Shown one piece after another: positions 37,206-48,405 of a DNA stretch of 64,000 nt (position 1 is the stretch's first letter; every line of letters starts with the position of its first letter). The stretch covers positions 33,852,001-33,916,000 of the forward strand of contig NC_067404.1 in NCBI RefSeq assembly GCF_016432865.1. The letters are read 5' to 3'. The notes beneath the pieces were generated by a model. It worked only from the letters and a program-made list of their open reading frames with translations, was not told where the DNA came from and made no database searches. The translations under genes and the position numbers were made by a program. The stretch is from Antechinus flavipes. Taxonomy: Eukaryota.

Positions 37206-37734
37206 CTGACCCAAGTTTAAAATCAGCCTCTGACATGGTCTAACTGTGTGACCCCGGGCAAGTCACCTCACTTCTGCCTGCCTCAGTTTATTACTCTGTA
37301 AAAAAAAAGCGAGTACTAACCACATCTATTTCCAAAAGTTCTTATGAGGATTAAATGAGGGAATACTTATAAAGTGTTTTGCAAAACTTAAATCACATAT
37401 AAATGCTACCTACCTATTGTTCTGGTTCTTTTTATTATCAAAGATCGTGATGTATTCTCTCCCACATCTCTTAATACCCCACAGAGGTAGCCCTGTGGGA
37501 AAGGATCTGGGAATACAATTACCTCCTTTTCTTATTTTTAGCCAGTAAATTGGGCTCTTATAGATAATTAGATGTTTAGAAGGTCAAACACCACTGACAA
37601 AACAAATGCTTTTCCTGGAGACACAGAAAGCAGAAGAGACTTTATAAAGACTTAACAGAATATGAACTTTTACAAAATTTCTAGCTCAATTTTCAATCAA
37701 ATCTGTAAATCCATTTTTAAGAAATGGCAAATCT

Positions 37735-38180
37735 TAGTGATTTTCTGTCCACATGGCCTGTTGTCTCCACTCCCAGGCCTTGTCTTTCTTAGTTCAGGCC
37801 TTTCTCATCTCTTACCTTAGCCATTAGCAGCACCCTCCCCCTCCTCAGCCTCTCCCCTCTCTAATCTCTCTTTTACATTTTTGCTAAATGAATGTTTCTT
37901 AAACACCTAATCAGTCACATCATTTGCTCCATAATAAGAAATAAACAAATTTTCAATAGCTTTCTATTGCCTTTAGGATAAAATGCAAATCCCCCTCCTT
38001 AGCACTTGAAACCCTCAGGGATTCTCTCTGACTTCTTGAGTATTTCTCTCCCCATTCCCTCTCTGTTTCAGTCAATCTGACCTATTAGTCCTCCAGCTTT
38101 GTCCAGGTGGGCTCCCATTTCCAGAATCTGCTTCCTCCTCACCTCTCACTGAGATCATCTCTAGCTTCCTTAAAACAAAG
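37735..38180 (+). mobile_element. L2 fragment in the inverted-repeat spacer
   Basis: caggcctttctcatctc...ctattgcctttaggataaaatgcaaatcccc. Confidence 0.7.
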
Positions 38181-38501
38181 CAATAAGAAGGATGCACAAC
38201 CTCTGGGTGCCTGCTTGTGGGGGGCAGCCCCTTCCACTGGGGCTCAGTTCCAGTGGCTCAGAAGATTTGCGTGGTGAGAAGCTCTCGTTGGCCTTTTGGG
38301 CCCAAGAGCCTCTGCTCCTGCTTCTACCTCCGGTGCCAAAAAGAAGGAGGAGAATTTCTGGAGGTTCCCTGTGGAGCACCTTGAGGCACCCTCCGCCCCG
38401 TGGGCCCTCCAGATGTAGCCTGATGGGCAGATGTGCCAATATGTATCCACTCAAGGAGTTGCTGCTGAGCCCCCATCAGCATGTTTATTTTTTCTGGTCA
38501 G

Positions 38502-38563
38502 CCAAAGGACAGGATGAGTTCCAAGTCAAGGCTTTTCATGGAAAAGCAGAGAAAGAAGAGTAG
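38502..38563 (+). CDS. Candidate terminal exon, copy 2 (KGQDEFQVKAFHGKAEKEE*)
   Basis: Same acceptor; TAG ends at 38563; AATAAA 38581-38586; donor GTG|gtgaga at 38274 (intron 38274-38501, 228 bp). Confidence 0.35.
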
Positions 38564-39165
38564 CAACAAAGCATGTCCCCAATAAACCTGAGTTTACTCA
38601 TCCATAAATGTTCATGACATCAGCGGGAAGAGCAGCCCCACATTCAGAGAACACACATGGAGAGGGACATAAGGAGTGAATGCGAGTGGCTGGGGTCCAG
38701 AGAGACTCAACGCACGGGGCGGGTCACACAGCCAGGGAAGCCGAGGGGCCGTCATTCGTGTGTGGAGGGGGTGTACAAAGGGGCCACATGTGGCTACCAT
38801 CGGGTGCAGGGCTGCTGGGAGGGGGGACTCCCAGTGTCCTCGCAACTCCACTCTCCAAGCACTGGCCTTCTGGGCATATTGTCTCTGTCACCAGACACTA
38901 CTCCACTGGGATTTCTTCCACCTCCAGGTTGGGAGTGAGCTGAAATCCTCAGAGGAAAGTAGATTCTGCCTTGCTTTCTCATCTTAAAATCCATAGTGAG
39001 TTCCCTTCCTGTCCCTTCCTCCTTCTTCCTGTTCTTTAGAAAAGCAAGGAAGCTCCATCCCAAGCCTGCCTTCCCTTGTCCTCTGAGAGGTTTCGCTCCC
39101 GAGGCCTTCCATGTCCTAGCAAGGGATTCCCAGCCATGGGGAGGGGGGGGGGAAGGGGCAAGTCT

Positions 39166-39301
39166 CTCTTTCTCTCTCTTCTGATTTTTGTCCTTTTGGA
39201 GAAGCAATTGGGTTAAGTGACTTGCCCAGAGTTACACTGCTAGCAAGTGTTAAGTGTCTAAATTCGGATTTGAACTCAGTTTCTGCCAGCTAGCTGCCAA
39301 T
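39166..39301 (-). mobile_element. Internally deleted WSINE1 with TSD
   Basis: TSD GGGGCAAGTCT at 39155-39165 and 39302-39312. Confidence 0.85.
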
Positions 39302-40434
39302 GGGGCAAGTCTTTAGGAGAAGGTGCAGAGACAATCAACCATTTGATGAGCAAAATCAAAAATGATGAGCAAGGATTTATTATGGCTGCTATGTGCCAGG
39401 CCCTGCTCTAGATTCTGGGAATACGGGTACGAGAAATGAACCAACCTCACTCTCAGTTTACATTCTAATGGAGGAGATCACAAGTCTGCATACAGATACA
39501 CACACATCTACATATATGTATGTATGTTCACATGCATGTTTTAGCCTAAACCGAAACTAAATAACTACAAGTATATAATACCAAATAGTCCCACACAAGG
39601 TAACTGGGGAAGTTGAGGGAATCAGGGAGGCCTTTGTGCCAAAAGAATGGAGGGACAGAGAAAAGGAGAGAGTGCATTCTAAGCATGGGGATGGCCGGTG
39701 GAAGCACAGAAGTTAGAGTATCATGGGTAAGCAACAGAGAGAAGACCAGTTTGGCTGGTTTGCAGAGAAAGAGAGAGACAGACAGACAGAGAAAAGCAGA
39801 GAGCCAGAGCCAGAGATAGAAAGAGAGACACAAGCAGAGAGACAGAGACAGAGAATGAATAATGTTCAATAATATTGAAAATATAACTTGGCACTAGGTT
39901 GTAAATATATTGATCCAGGCATCCTATGCCAAGTGATGCTTTTAAATCTGCGAGAACTAATGAAAGTACCAAGTATTTTTACTGTTTGCAAAACAGTCTC
40001 CTGAGCACTGGGGGGTTGAAAAGAAAAACCATTTCTGAGCTTGAACCATTTGAAAGTGTCAAGGACACTGGTAGCATAGCAGCATCTGGGAGGATTCTGA
40101 ATGTCTGGGAAAAGCTTACAGTCTGGGCTTTAGGCCTTTTCTTTTTTCTCTTCTTGCATCCTGCCCTTTCCAGCTTGATATTTATTTAAGGGACAGAGGT
40201 CCTTTCATTGTACAGAGCAACATTAAAACCAACTTTGAATTTATCTTTTAAAAAAAAAAAGTTCTTAAAGACAAACTTTGTGTTTGTACATGAAATGTTA
40301 CTTTTTAAGGGAAAACATTGTCTGTTGAGCCAGCATCAAGCTCTTTGTGTATTTTGGTGACATCTTCTGGCTATTTGGCCATTGAATAGTCTCTCTCCCA
40401 AAACACAATGGATACCGTGGAACTACGACGTATT

Positions 40435-40448
40435 CCACTAGATGGCAG
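40435..40448 (+). promoter_or_regulatory. CTCF core motif in unique sequence; octamer ATGCAAAT at 40477-40484
   Basis: CCACTAGATGGCAG; several CpGs kept nearby. Confidence 0.55.
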
Positions 40449-40659
40449 AAGAGACCATCCAACTTAGTGTAAACGTATGCAAATCACTTCTCCTCCTCCA
40501 GAGGCAGGAAATCCCCCAGGCCATCTATTAGATTCCCCCATTACAAACCTGAAAAATGTCACCCACTATTTGCTTGAAGATCTCAAGTGAAGGAGAATCC
40601 ATTTCCACTATGCAGTCTTCATTTTTTCTTTTAAAAAATTCATATCATCACCTTTAGTT

Positions 40660-41330
40660 TTTATAGGATCTTCATTTCTGAGACCCTCTCCCTCCCCAGT
40701 GGGAAATGGGATAGAAAAAACAATTCAGGAAAACAAAACAAAACATCTAACGAGTCTCACAATATGTGCAATATTTCATACTCATGGTCCCCCCCATTTC
40801 TGCAAAGAAAGAGAACAGCATTTTCTCCATTTTTCTGTAGCATAAAGCTTGCTAGTTATAATTAGTGTAGAGTTTCTGGGTTTTGTCACTATTGTTATTG
40901 TTCTTTCCTTTAAAATGATTGGATTCACCTGGTGCATTATTTTTCTAGTTCTGCTTACTTGACGCACATCAATTCCTAGCTATCTTCTCAAGCCTCCTTA
41001 CATTTGCCCTATTCCTTATTTCTTATAGCACAGTATTAGTTCACAGTTTGTTTAACCATTTTTCAGTCAGTGCATCCACTGTTTCCTGTGCTCCTTTGTT
41101 TCCAGTTCTTTGCACAAACACAAAACACTACTATGAATACTTTGGGGGATGTGGAACCTTCCTTTCTGTCTTTGGACTTCCTTGGACGATTTGCCAAGCA
41201 AGGCCCTCTGTTCTTATTTTTTCAGTATATGAATGTGATTTCATCCATGGGGATGCTCCTTGCAAAGCATTTATTCTCTCTGGTAACTCTTATCATCATC
41301 TTCCAGTAAATCTTGAGATATGAGGCTGCG
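40660..41330 (-). mobile_element. Old L1 3' region
   Basis: gcattatttttctagttctgcttact...ccactgtttcc...gttccagttctttgc. Confidence 0.6.
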
Positions 41331-41429
41331 AGGGAGAAAGTTCAAATTTTTATTAAATTTTTTATTACAAATTTTTATAAACTAATTTTATAAAAATAAA
41401 AACATATTAAAAAGCCCAAAATTTTATGA

Positions 41430-42065
41430 ACAAATTTTTATTAAATACTATGTTCCAGGCACCTTGTCAAGCGACTAAGAGTTGAGCATACAAAAAAGGC
41501 AAAAAATGGTCCCTTCTCTTCAGATTGTCACATTGTAATAGAAGGAGACAAGGTACAAATCAGTAAGTATAAACCTGACACAGTGTAAATGGGATGTAAT
41601 TTCAGAGGGAAGGCACTAGCAGTAAGGTACTCTGAAAAGCTTCTTTCAAAAGGTAGATTTGGAACTAAGACTTGAAGGAAATCAGGAGGCAGAGAGAGAG
41701 AGAGAGAAAGAGAGGAGAGAGAGAGGACATTCTAGGTAAAGGCTCAGAACTGGAACATAAAAGTCTTGTGAGAGGAGCCTTAATAAAGTCAGAGCTGTTG
41801 GATCCTAAGTGAAGGAGAGTAAAGAATGAAAAGATGAAAAACTAGGAAGTGGCCAGGCTGTGATGGGCTTTCAAAGCCAGAGGATTCTATGTTTGATCCT
41901 GAAGCTAATAGGGAGCAATGGAAGTATATTGAATAGAGGAGTGACATGATCAAATCTGTGCTATAGGAAGATCCATTTGGCAGCTGGTTAGTGGATAGAA
42001 CTGAATGAAGAAACACTTGAGGCAGGCAGACCCATCAGAAGGCTATTACAATAGTCCAGGCTTTC
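41430..42065 (-). mobile_element. L2 fragments with (GA)n
   Basis: tactatgttccaggcacc...ctataggaagatccatttggcagc...caatagtccagg. Confidence 0.7.
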
Positions 42066-42089
42066 ATTTCTCAAATATAGAGAACTGAG

Positions 42090-43430
42090 TCAAATTTATA
42101 AGAATACAAGTCATTCTCCAACTGATAAATAGTCAAAGAATATCAAATCTTTATATATATACATACACATACATATATATGTATATATATATACATATAT
42201 ATATATGTACATATAAAGCTTTTTATTTTCAAAACATATTCACAGATGGTTTTCAACATTCACCCTTGAAAAACCTTGTGTTCCAATTTTTTTCTCCCTC
42301 TTCCCCAGACAGCAATTAATCCAATATAGGTTAAACATGTGCATTCTTCTCTACATATTTCCACAATTATGCTGCACAGGAAAAATCAGGTCAAAAAGGG
42401 AAAAAAAAATGAGAAAACAAAAAGCAAGCAAGCAAACAACAACAAAAAGGTGAAAATGCTATGTTGTGATCCACATTCAGTTTCCACAGTCCTCTCTCTC
42501 TGAATGTAGATGGCTCTCTTCATCACAAGACCATTGGAACTGACCTGTATCACCTCATTGTTGAAGAGACCCACGTCCAAAAGGATATCAAATCAAACAG
42601 GCACTTTTTAGAACTATATTCATATTAAAAAAAACATTCTAAATCACTATTGATTAGAGAAATACAAATTACAACTCTGAGGTGTCACCTCATGCTTATC
42701 AGATTGGCTAATGTGACAAAAACTCAAAATTATAAATATTGGAGAGGATGCGGGGAAATTTCTAGAGATCAATTTGAAACTATGGCCAAAGGACAAAGAA
42801 ACTGCCCTGTCCTTTGATCCAGCAATACCACTAGGATTGTATCCAAAAGAGATTCAAAAGGGAGGGAACCTATGTGTACAAAGATGTTTATAGACTCTTT
42901 TTTGTAGAGTTGGACATCGAGGGGACGCCTATCAAATTCAGAAAAACCTGAAAAGACTTCATGAACTGATGTGAAGTGAACTGAGCAAAACCAGAAGAGC
43001 ATTGTACACAGTAACAGCCATGTTGTGTGATGATCAATTATCAATGACTTAGGCTTTCGCAGCAATACAGTGAGCCAAGACAATTCCAAAGGACTCATGA
43101 TGGAAAATGCCATCCATATCCAGAGAAAGAACTGATGGAGTCTGAATGCAGATCAGAGCATATATATTTTTTAATTTTCCTTATTTTTTTCCATAGCTTT
43201 TTCTTTTGTTCTGTTTCTTCTTTCATAACATGACTAATATGGGAATATGTTTTACATGACCACACATATATAACCTACATGAAAATGCCTACTGTTTCAG
43301 GGAGGGGTCTATGAGGGAGAGAAAGAGAAAATTTCAAACTCCAAATTTTATTTTATTAAATTTTTTTTAAAAATTAATTTATTAAAATCATCTTTATATG
43401 TAATTGGAAAAAAAAGAAATACTATTTAAA
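42090..43430 (+). mobile_element. L1 ORF2 end and 3' UTR, interrupted by an antisense L1 3' end (~42150-42580)
   Basis: Approximate TSD aaagaatatcaaatc / aaaggatatcaaatc; ORF2 motifs ctttgatccagcaataccacta. Confidence 0.85.
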
Positions 43431-43869
43431 GAAAAAAATTAGTCCAGGTATGAGGTGAAGAGGGCCTGCAGGAGTATGGGAGAGTCATGAGTAAAGGGAA
43501 GAGGACATAAACATATGATGTTGAGAAGATAGATGTGACAGAACTGGCAACAAACTGGAAGTTCAAGTGAGAACAAGGAGTGGAAGATGACACTTAGATT
43601 TTAAGGTGATGGAGAGATGGCGTACCCTACACAGTAAAAGAACAAAAGATAAGAGTTTGGGAAACATAATTCTGATTTAGATATGTTGATGAAATGTTCC
43701 TTTTGAGGTGCTCAATAAACTGTTGATAATTCAAGGTTGAGCTCAGTAGAAAGACCAAGACTGTCAATATAGATCTTCTAAGAAGACAGAAGTCTGGGTC
43801 TATGACTGAAAGCTAGCCCAAACATTACACTTTTCCTTCTTTCCATCTCTACTAATTAGTGACCCCTAA

Positions 43870-44530
43870 GTCACGAGGCAAGACCTTCCATATAAAAGGA
43901 CCCAGACAGACAGCTCCCTCTGCGGTTTGCCTCACCTTAGTCCTGGCTACCCTGCCCCTGGGCAATGATAACCTTCCCAAACTCAGTACCCAGCAGTGAC
44001 TCCTCACGCCTTCTCCAACTCGGTGATTCTTATCTCCCCTTGCCATTGCCTGTCCTCCACCTCCACGTTCACTCCCTGAGTCCTGTGCCTTTTAAGCCAA
44101 CTCTCTCTCCTACAACATCCCACTTGAGATCTACCCAGCCCTTCCACCGTGCACTCTGGAGCGCTTGCTCCATAGGTAACAAGCTGGCTTTTATCCAAAA
44201 CCTTTTCCTTTCTCATTAACTCCATCTTCCCCAATTCCCCAAGACCTGACTTGGAGAAAGAGTACCCAGGTCAGGACCACAGGTTTGAACCTCAGAGTCA
44301 CATCTTGTTTTAGAACCGGCAATACCAAGAGGCAGCTAAGTGGCACTGCAGTGGGCCTGAAGTCAAGAAGATCTGGGTTCAAATCCAGTTTCATATACTT
44401 ACTAGTTGCATGACCCTGGTAAAGTCACTTAACCTCTGCCTCAAATTCCTTATCTGTAAAATGGGCATAATAATAGTACCTACCTCCCATGCTTGTTGTG
44501 AGCACCAAATAAGATATTTGTAAAGTGAAG
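43870..44530 (+). mobile_element. L2 ORF2 start (endonuclease) followed by a MIR
   Basis: PFHRALWSACSIGNKLAFIQNLFLSH, matching the L2 PFHCALWN..S..NKL pattern. Confidence 0.75.
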
Positions 44531-44849
44531 CACGCGGGACAATGATTGGAAACAATGGTCAAGAAATAATCGTTTCCTTTCTTTCTGCCCACCACTGGTG
44601 CCCATGACCCTGACTATTCTCTCGGGGCCTCACTTTAGCTACTGCTCCATCTCTGGTAAAGGAATCACTTCTTGCTCTACTGTGTGGTACCCAGTGCCTA
44701 CAGCTGGTACTCAACAATGCTGCCCAATATTCCGACACCATGCTGTCTCTTTGGGACAATGCTAGTGGCTGCTCTTCCTTACTACCCCAAGTAGAGAAGT
44801 GTCAATAGTTGGGTTTTTTTTTTTTCCTGGACTGTGTCCATAATCATCT

Positions 44850-45600
44850 CAGCTCTGCCCATCCCCTCTATTCCCCATATTTGAGCCAGACCTTGGATTT
44901 TCCTAGGGGTGCTCTCTCACTGTTTGTTTCTTGGCCACCGTCCAACTGAAGGCCTCTGCTGCCTTGATCTTGTCTTATGAGGTCAACATCAATGATATAG
45001 TGCTGACTATCAATATCCTTAGGTTAAGGGCCTTCGCTCAGGTCACATTCACCAGATTTGGCAAATGGGAAACAAAATTCAGGTAGCCCAAGGTATAGTG
45101 GGATCCTTCCTCAGCTTACCTGACCAGCATCAGCCACAGGAAAAGACAAAAAAGCATTAACAAGGCCAGTGACTCAATGCTATTCAGCCGGACTAGAGAC
45201 TGTCTCACCACCATATTGAAGAACTGATGAAGGGATTAGTGTGGCAGTCTCCCTAAGGTCTCCTGTAAGCCTTTAAGTGCCATTGGCTTCTCTCACTGGT
45301 CACAAAAAAAGATTATTATAAGGGGAGTTAGTTTCACAAAGTTCTCAGGCTTCCTTCATCTCCATCATTGGAAGGAATGGCTTTCACCTCTGCTGGTACC
45401 CACCTTATTTAGTGTTTCCATGGGATGGCTTAGGCAACTCCAAGAGTTTCCATTTGGTCCTATTCACAACAGCTGACAGAAAGATTGCCATAAATGCTTG
45501 TATAGGTATCTTTCCTTTCTTCCTAGATTTCCTAATGGCTTTTTCTTCTATGTTCTCTCCCTCCCCCAACTCCATGGAAGCAGAGATGCTTCTAAACGGA
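44850..45600 (-). mobile_element. Possible very old non-LTR RT remnant
   Basis: Broken frames give LHQFFNMVV...LVRLN and ..VADA.., weakly resembling RT LSP.LFN and YADD motifs. Confidence 0.3.
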
Positions 45601-46217
45601 CATGATAACAACCTGGTTGTTATTTAGCTGCCCCTTTTAACAAGATAAGGGATGTAGAGGATGCCTTATGCTTTGGTAGCTTTATACTTGGGTTGTGTTT
45701 ATCCTTCATTTCAAAGAGGCCCAATGACGCTCATGCTAGATGTCAAGGTACATGTAGAGTTTTCCCAGCATGCCCATAAACTGGACATCAACCTCCTTAT
45801 CGGTACTATGTTTCAAAAGGTTTCATCTCGCTACTTCCCACAAGTATTTTGTTTCTGTGTTCTTTAGAAAAGTTCTTTATCTGATTTTTTTTTATCATTC
45901 CAACCCTCCCTCTTCCTTCCTACCTCAAACCTGTTCTTCTTCACCATGATCCCGAGACTCTTCACCCCTCACTTATTACTCAGGTCATCTCCCCTGCACT
46001 GGTGAATTTCTTCTTGAAATTCTTGGTGAATCAGTTTAGCTTTTCCCTGCCCTTTCCTTTTTTGTTCCTTGGCCTTATCTTATTCCCATCTTGCCAAGCC
46101 TTACCTTCGGGTCACTCCTAATGTTTGTTCCTATTAAACAAAGCGGGAGGGAATCATAAAATTGTGTAGCTGGGTCCATTATAAATGGCTGTTTCAGAGT
46201 CTCCACAGGGTCCTTAC

Positions 46218-46350
46218 TGGAGGTTTCATCCTCTGTACTAGTGAAATTTTAGGGGAGGCTGCCCTGCCTTTTGAGGGGGCAGAGAGACTAGTACGAGAAC
46301 GTCCAAACTTGGAGAGACTGACTACGGTGTCAGAGAGACTGACGACACAT
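46218..46350 (-). CDS. Candidate exon (phase 2-0), CVVSLSDTVVSLSKFGRSRTSLSAPSKGRAASPKISLVQRMKPP
   Basis: 133 bp, donor CCA|gtaagg, single open frame, CpGs retained, phase-compatible with the 48341-48405 exon. The acceptor (gaacacag) is weak. Confidence 0.3.
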
Positions 46351-48340
46351 CTGTGTTCATTTCACTAAGCCACAAAATCAGACCCATACAGCAATGCAAA
46401 TTATGGTGCCTAAGACAGGTGGTGTTTACCGAGTCTCTATGGACTACCCAGGTAAAATAACAGCTGCTATTCATTTGCTTATCAGAACAACATTGGGATA
46501 TAGACACTATTGCCATCCCCACTGTACAGATGAGAAAACTAAGGCTCACGTGGGTCAAGTGACATGCTCAAAGTCATACAACAATGATAATTTTGAAAAA
46601 AAAAAACAAGAAAAAAAATGACAATAATAGTAACAATGATGATATCTGGTAATCATTTAATATTTTTAAGGTTAGTAAAGTACTCCATAAATATCATTTC
46701 TTTTATCCTCACAACAATTCCATAACGTAAGTGATGCAATTATCTCCATTTTTACATATGAAGAAACCGAGGTAAGTAAAAGTAAACTGGAATGAGATGA
46801 CGTGACTTACCCAAGGTCATACATCTAGGAGGAAAAGCAGCAGGAATGCTAGCAACAGCAGCAGTTGTTGGATGCCCACATCAAGGAAAGAGCGATGCTC
46901 TATGAACAAAGCAGAACTGAAGTAACTCAGTATGTGCGACAGGACTAGAAGTAATGATATTAACAACATTATTATTAATTAAAAATTAAAAAAATAATCA
47001 ATTAAAAATATTAAAAATAAAAACAATTGATTTCTAAAAAATAATTAATTAATTAACACTGTCATAGCTAGCATTCATATAGTGTTTTAATTTTTCTAAA
47101 GTACTTTATTATAAAGTGGTGTGCCATTTTATCCTCATAACAACCTTGGAAAATAAGTAACATTTTTATCCTCACTTTGCAGATGAAGAAATTGAGGTAG
47201 ACAGAGGTTAAATGACTTGCTCAGGGTCATGCAGCTGATAATAAGAATGAGGAATGACAATAGCTAGAATTCATATGGCACTTTGTGGTTTACAAAGAAC
47301 TTTGCAAACTATGTCTCATTTTATCCTTATGACAACTCTGGGAGGTCGGTGCTATCATTATCTTACTTTACAGATAAGGAAACTGAGGCAGATAAAAGTG
47401 AAGCTACTTGACCAGGATCAAATGCCAAATTGCAGTGATATCAATAAGAACAATAACGATAATAATTTTAAAAGTCATCAATAATTCCAGTAATAGTAAG
47501 CACTAGTGCCTTAATATTTATAAAGCACTTTAAAAATATTATCTCATTTTTGTCTGGTAACAACTCTGGAAAGTAGGGGCTATTATTGTCTCCACTTTAT
47601 AGATGTGAAAACAAATGCAGATCAAGGTGAATTGACTTGTCAAGCATCACACAGCTAATAATAATAATAATGATATTAACAACAACAATAGTGATGATAA
47701 TAATAATAGTCAACATTTCTCTAGTTTTCTAGAGAAAACTGTGTTTCAATATCAAATTGCTTTATAAGTATGATTTCATTTCATACTTAGAACAATTCTG
47801 AAAGTTAGGTCCTATTAGTATCCCTACTTTAGAGATGAGAAAACTGAGGCGCACTCAGGTCAAACAATTGCCCAAGGTCACATAGCAAACTACAATTTTA
47901 CTGTAAATGATCATAATAAAAATAATAGCAATACCAACCACAAAAAATAATGAATGGAATAATAATGATAAACAGTGGCCAGAATTTCCATAGCACTTTA
48001 AGTTTTCCAAAGAGCTTTACAAATACGATTTCCTTTTACTCTCATAACAGTATTGGGAGTTTGCTGATGATATTACCTTATTTTACAGATAAAGAAACTG
48101 AGGTAGGGGTCAAGCGACTTGTCCACAGCTATTATCCTTTTCTCTGAAGAACTTTGGAATTGTGTGGTATGGGAGACCCTGGCACAGCTCTGCCCAGCGT
48201 ACCTCACCCTTATCAGAAAAGGAGCAAACACAATGGAAGTAGCTCAAACGAAATGCAAAACGAGCTAAGTTAGAGAATCTGCCCCAAACGTCCACATGGA
48301 CAGTTTGTACCCAACCTGCAGCAAAGCGTTCTGAGCTTAC

Positions 48341-48405
48341 ATTAGTCTGATCAGCCCCTCAAACACATTGAAATTTGACTCCAACACGATGATGTCATTT
48401 TTGGC
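48341..48405 (-). CDS. Candidate exon (phase 0-2), AKNDIIVLESNFNVFEGLIRL, unidentified gene
   Basis: Acceptor gtgctgttctttctcaaaag, donor AT|gtaagc, 65 bp, the other two frames closed; sits in a unique CpG-containing island inside the array. Confidence 0.5.

Larger units (their letters stand above)
38183..39446 (+). repeat. Right arm of inverted repeat (core 38183-39132), interrupted by WSINE1
   Basis: Reverse complement of the left arm. Confidence 0.97.

Noticed and set aside
17195-39301. tRNA-like A/B-box segments
   Set aside because: They are heads of MAR1/WSINE1 SINEs and lack a complete cloverleaf.
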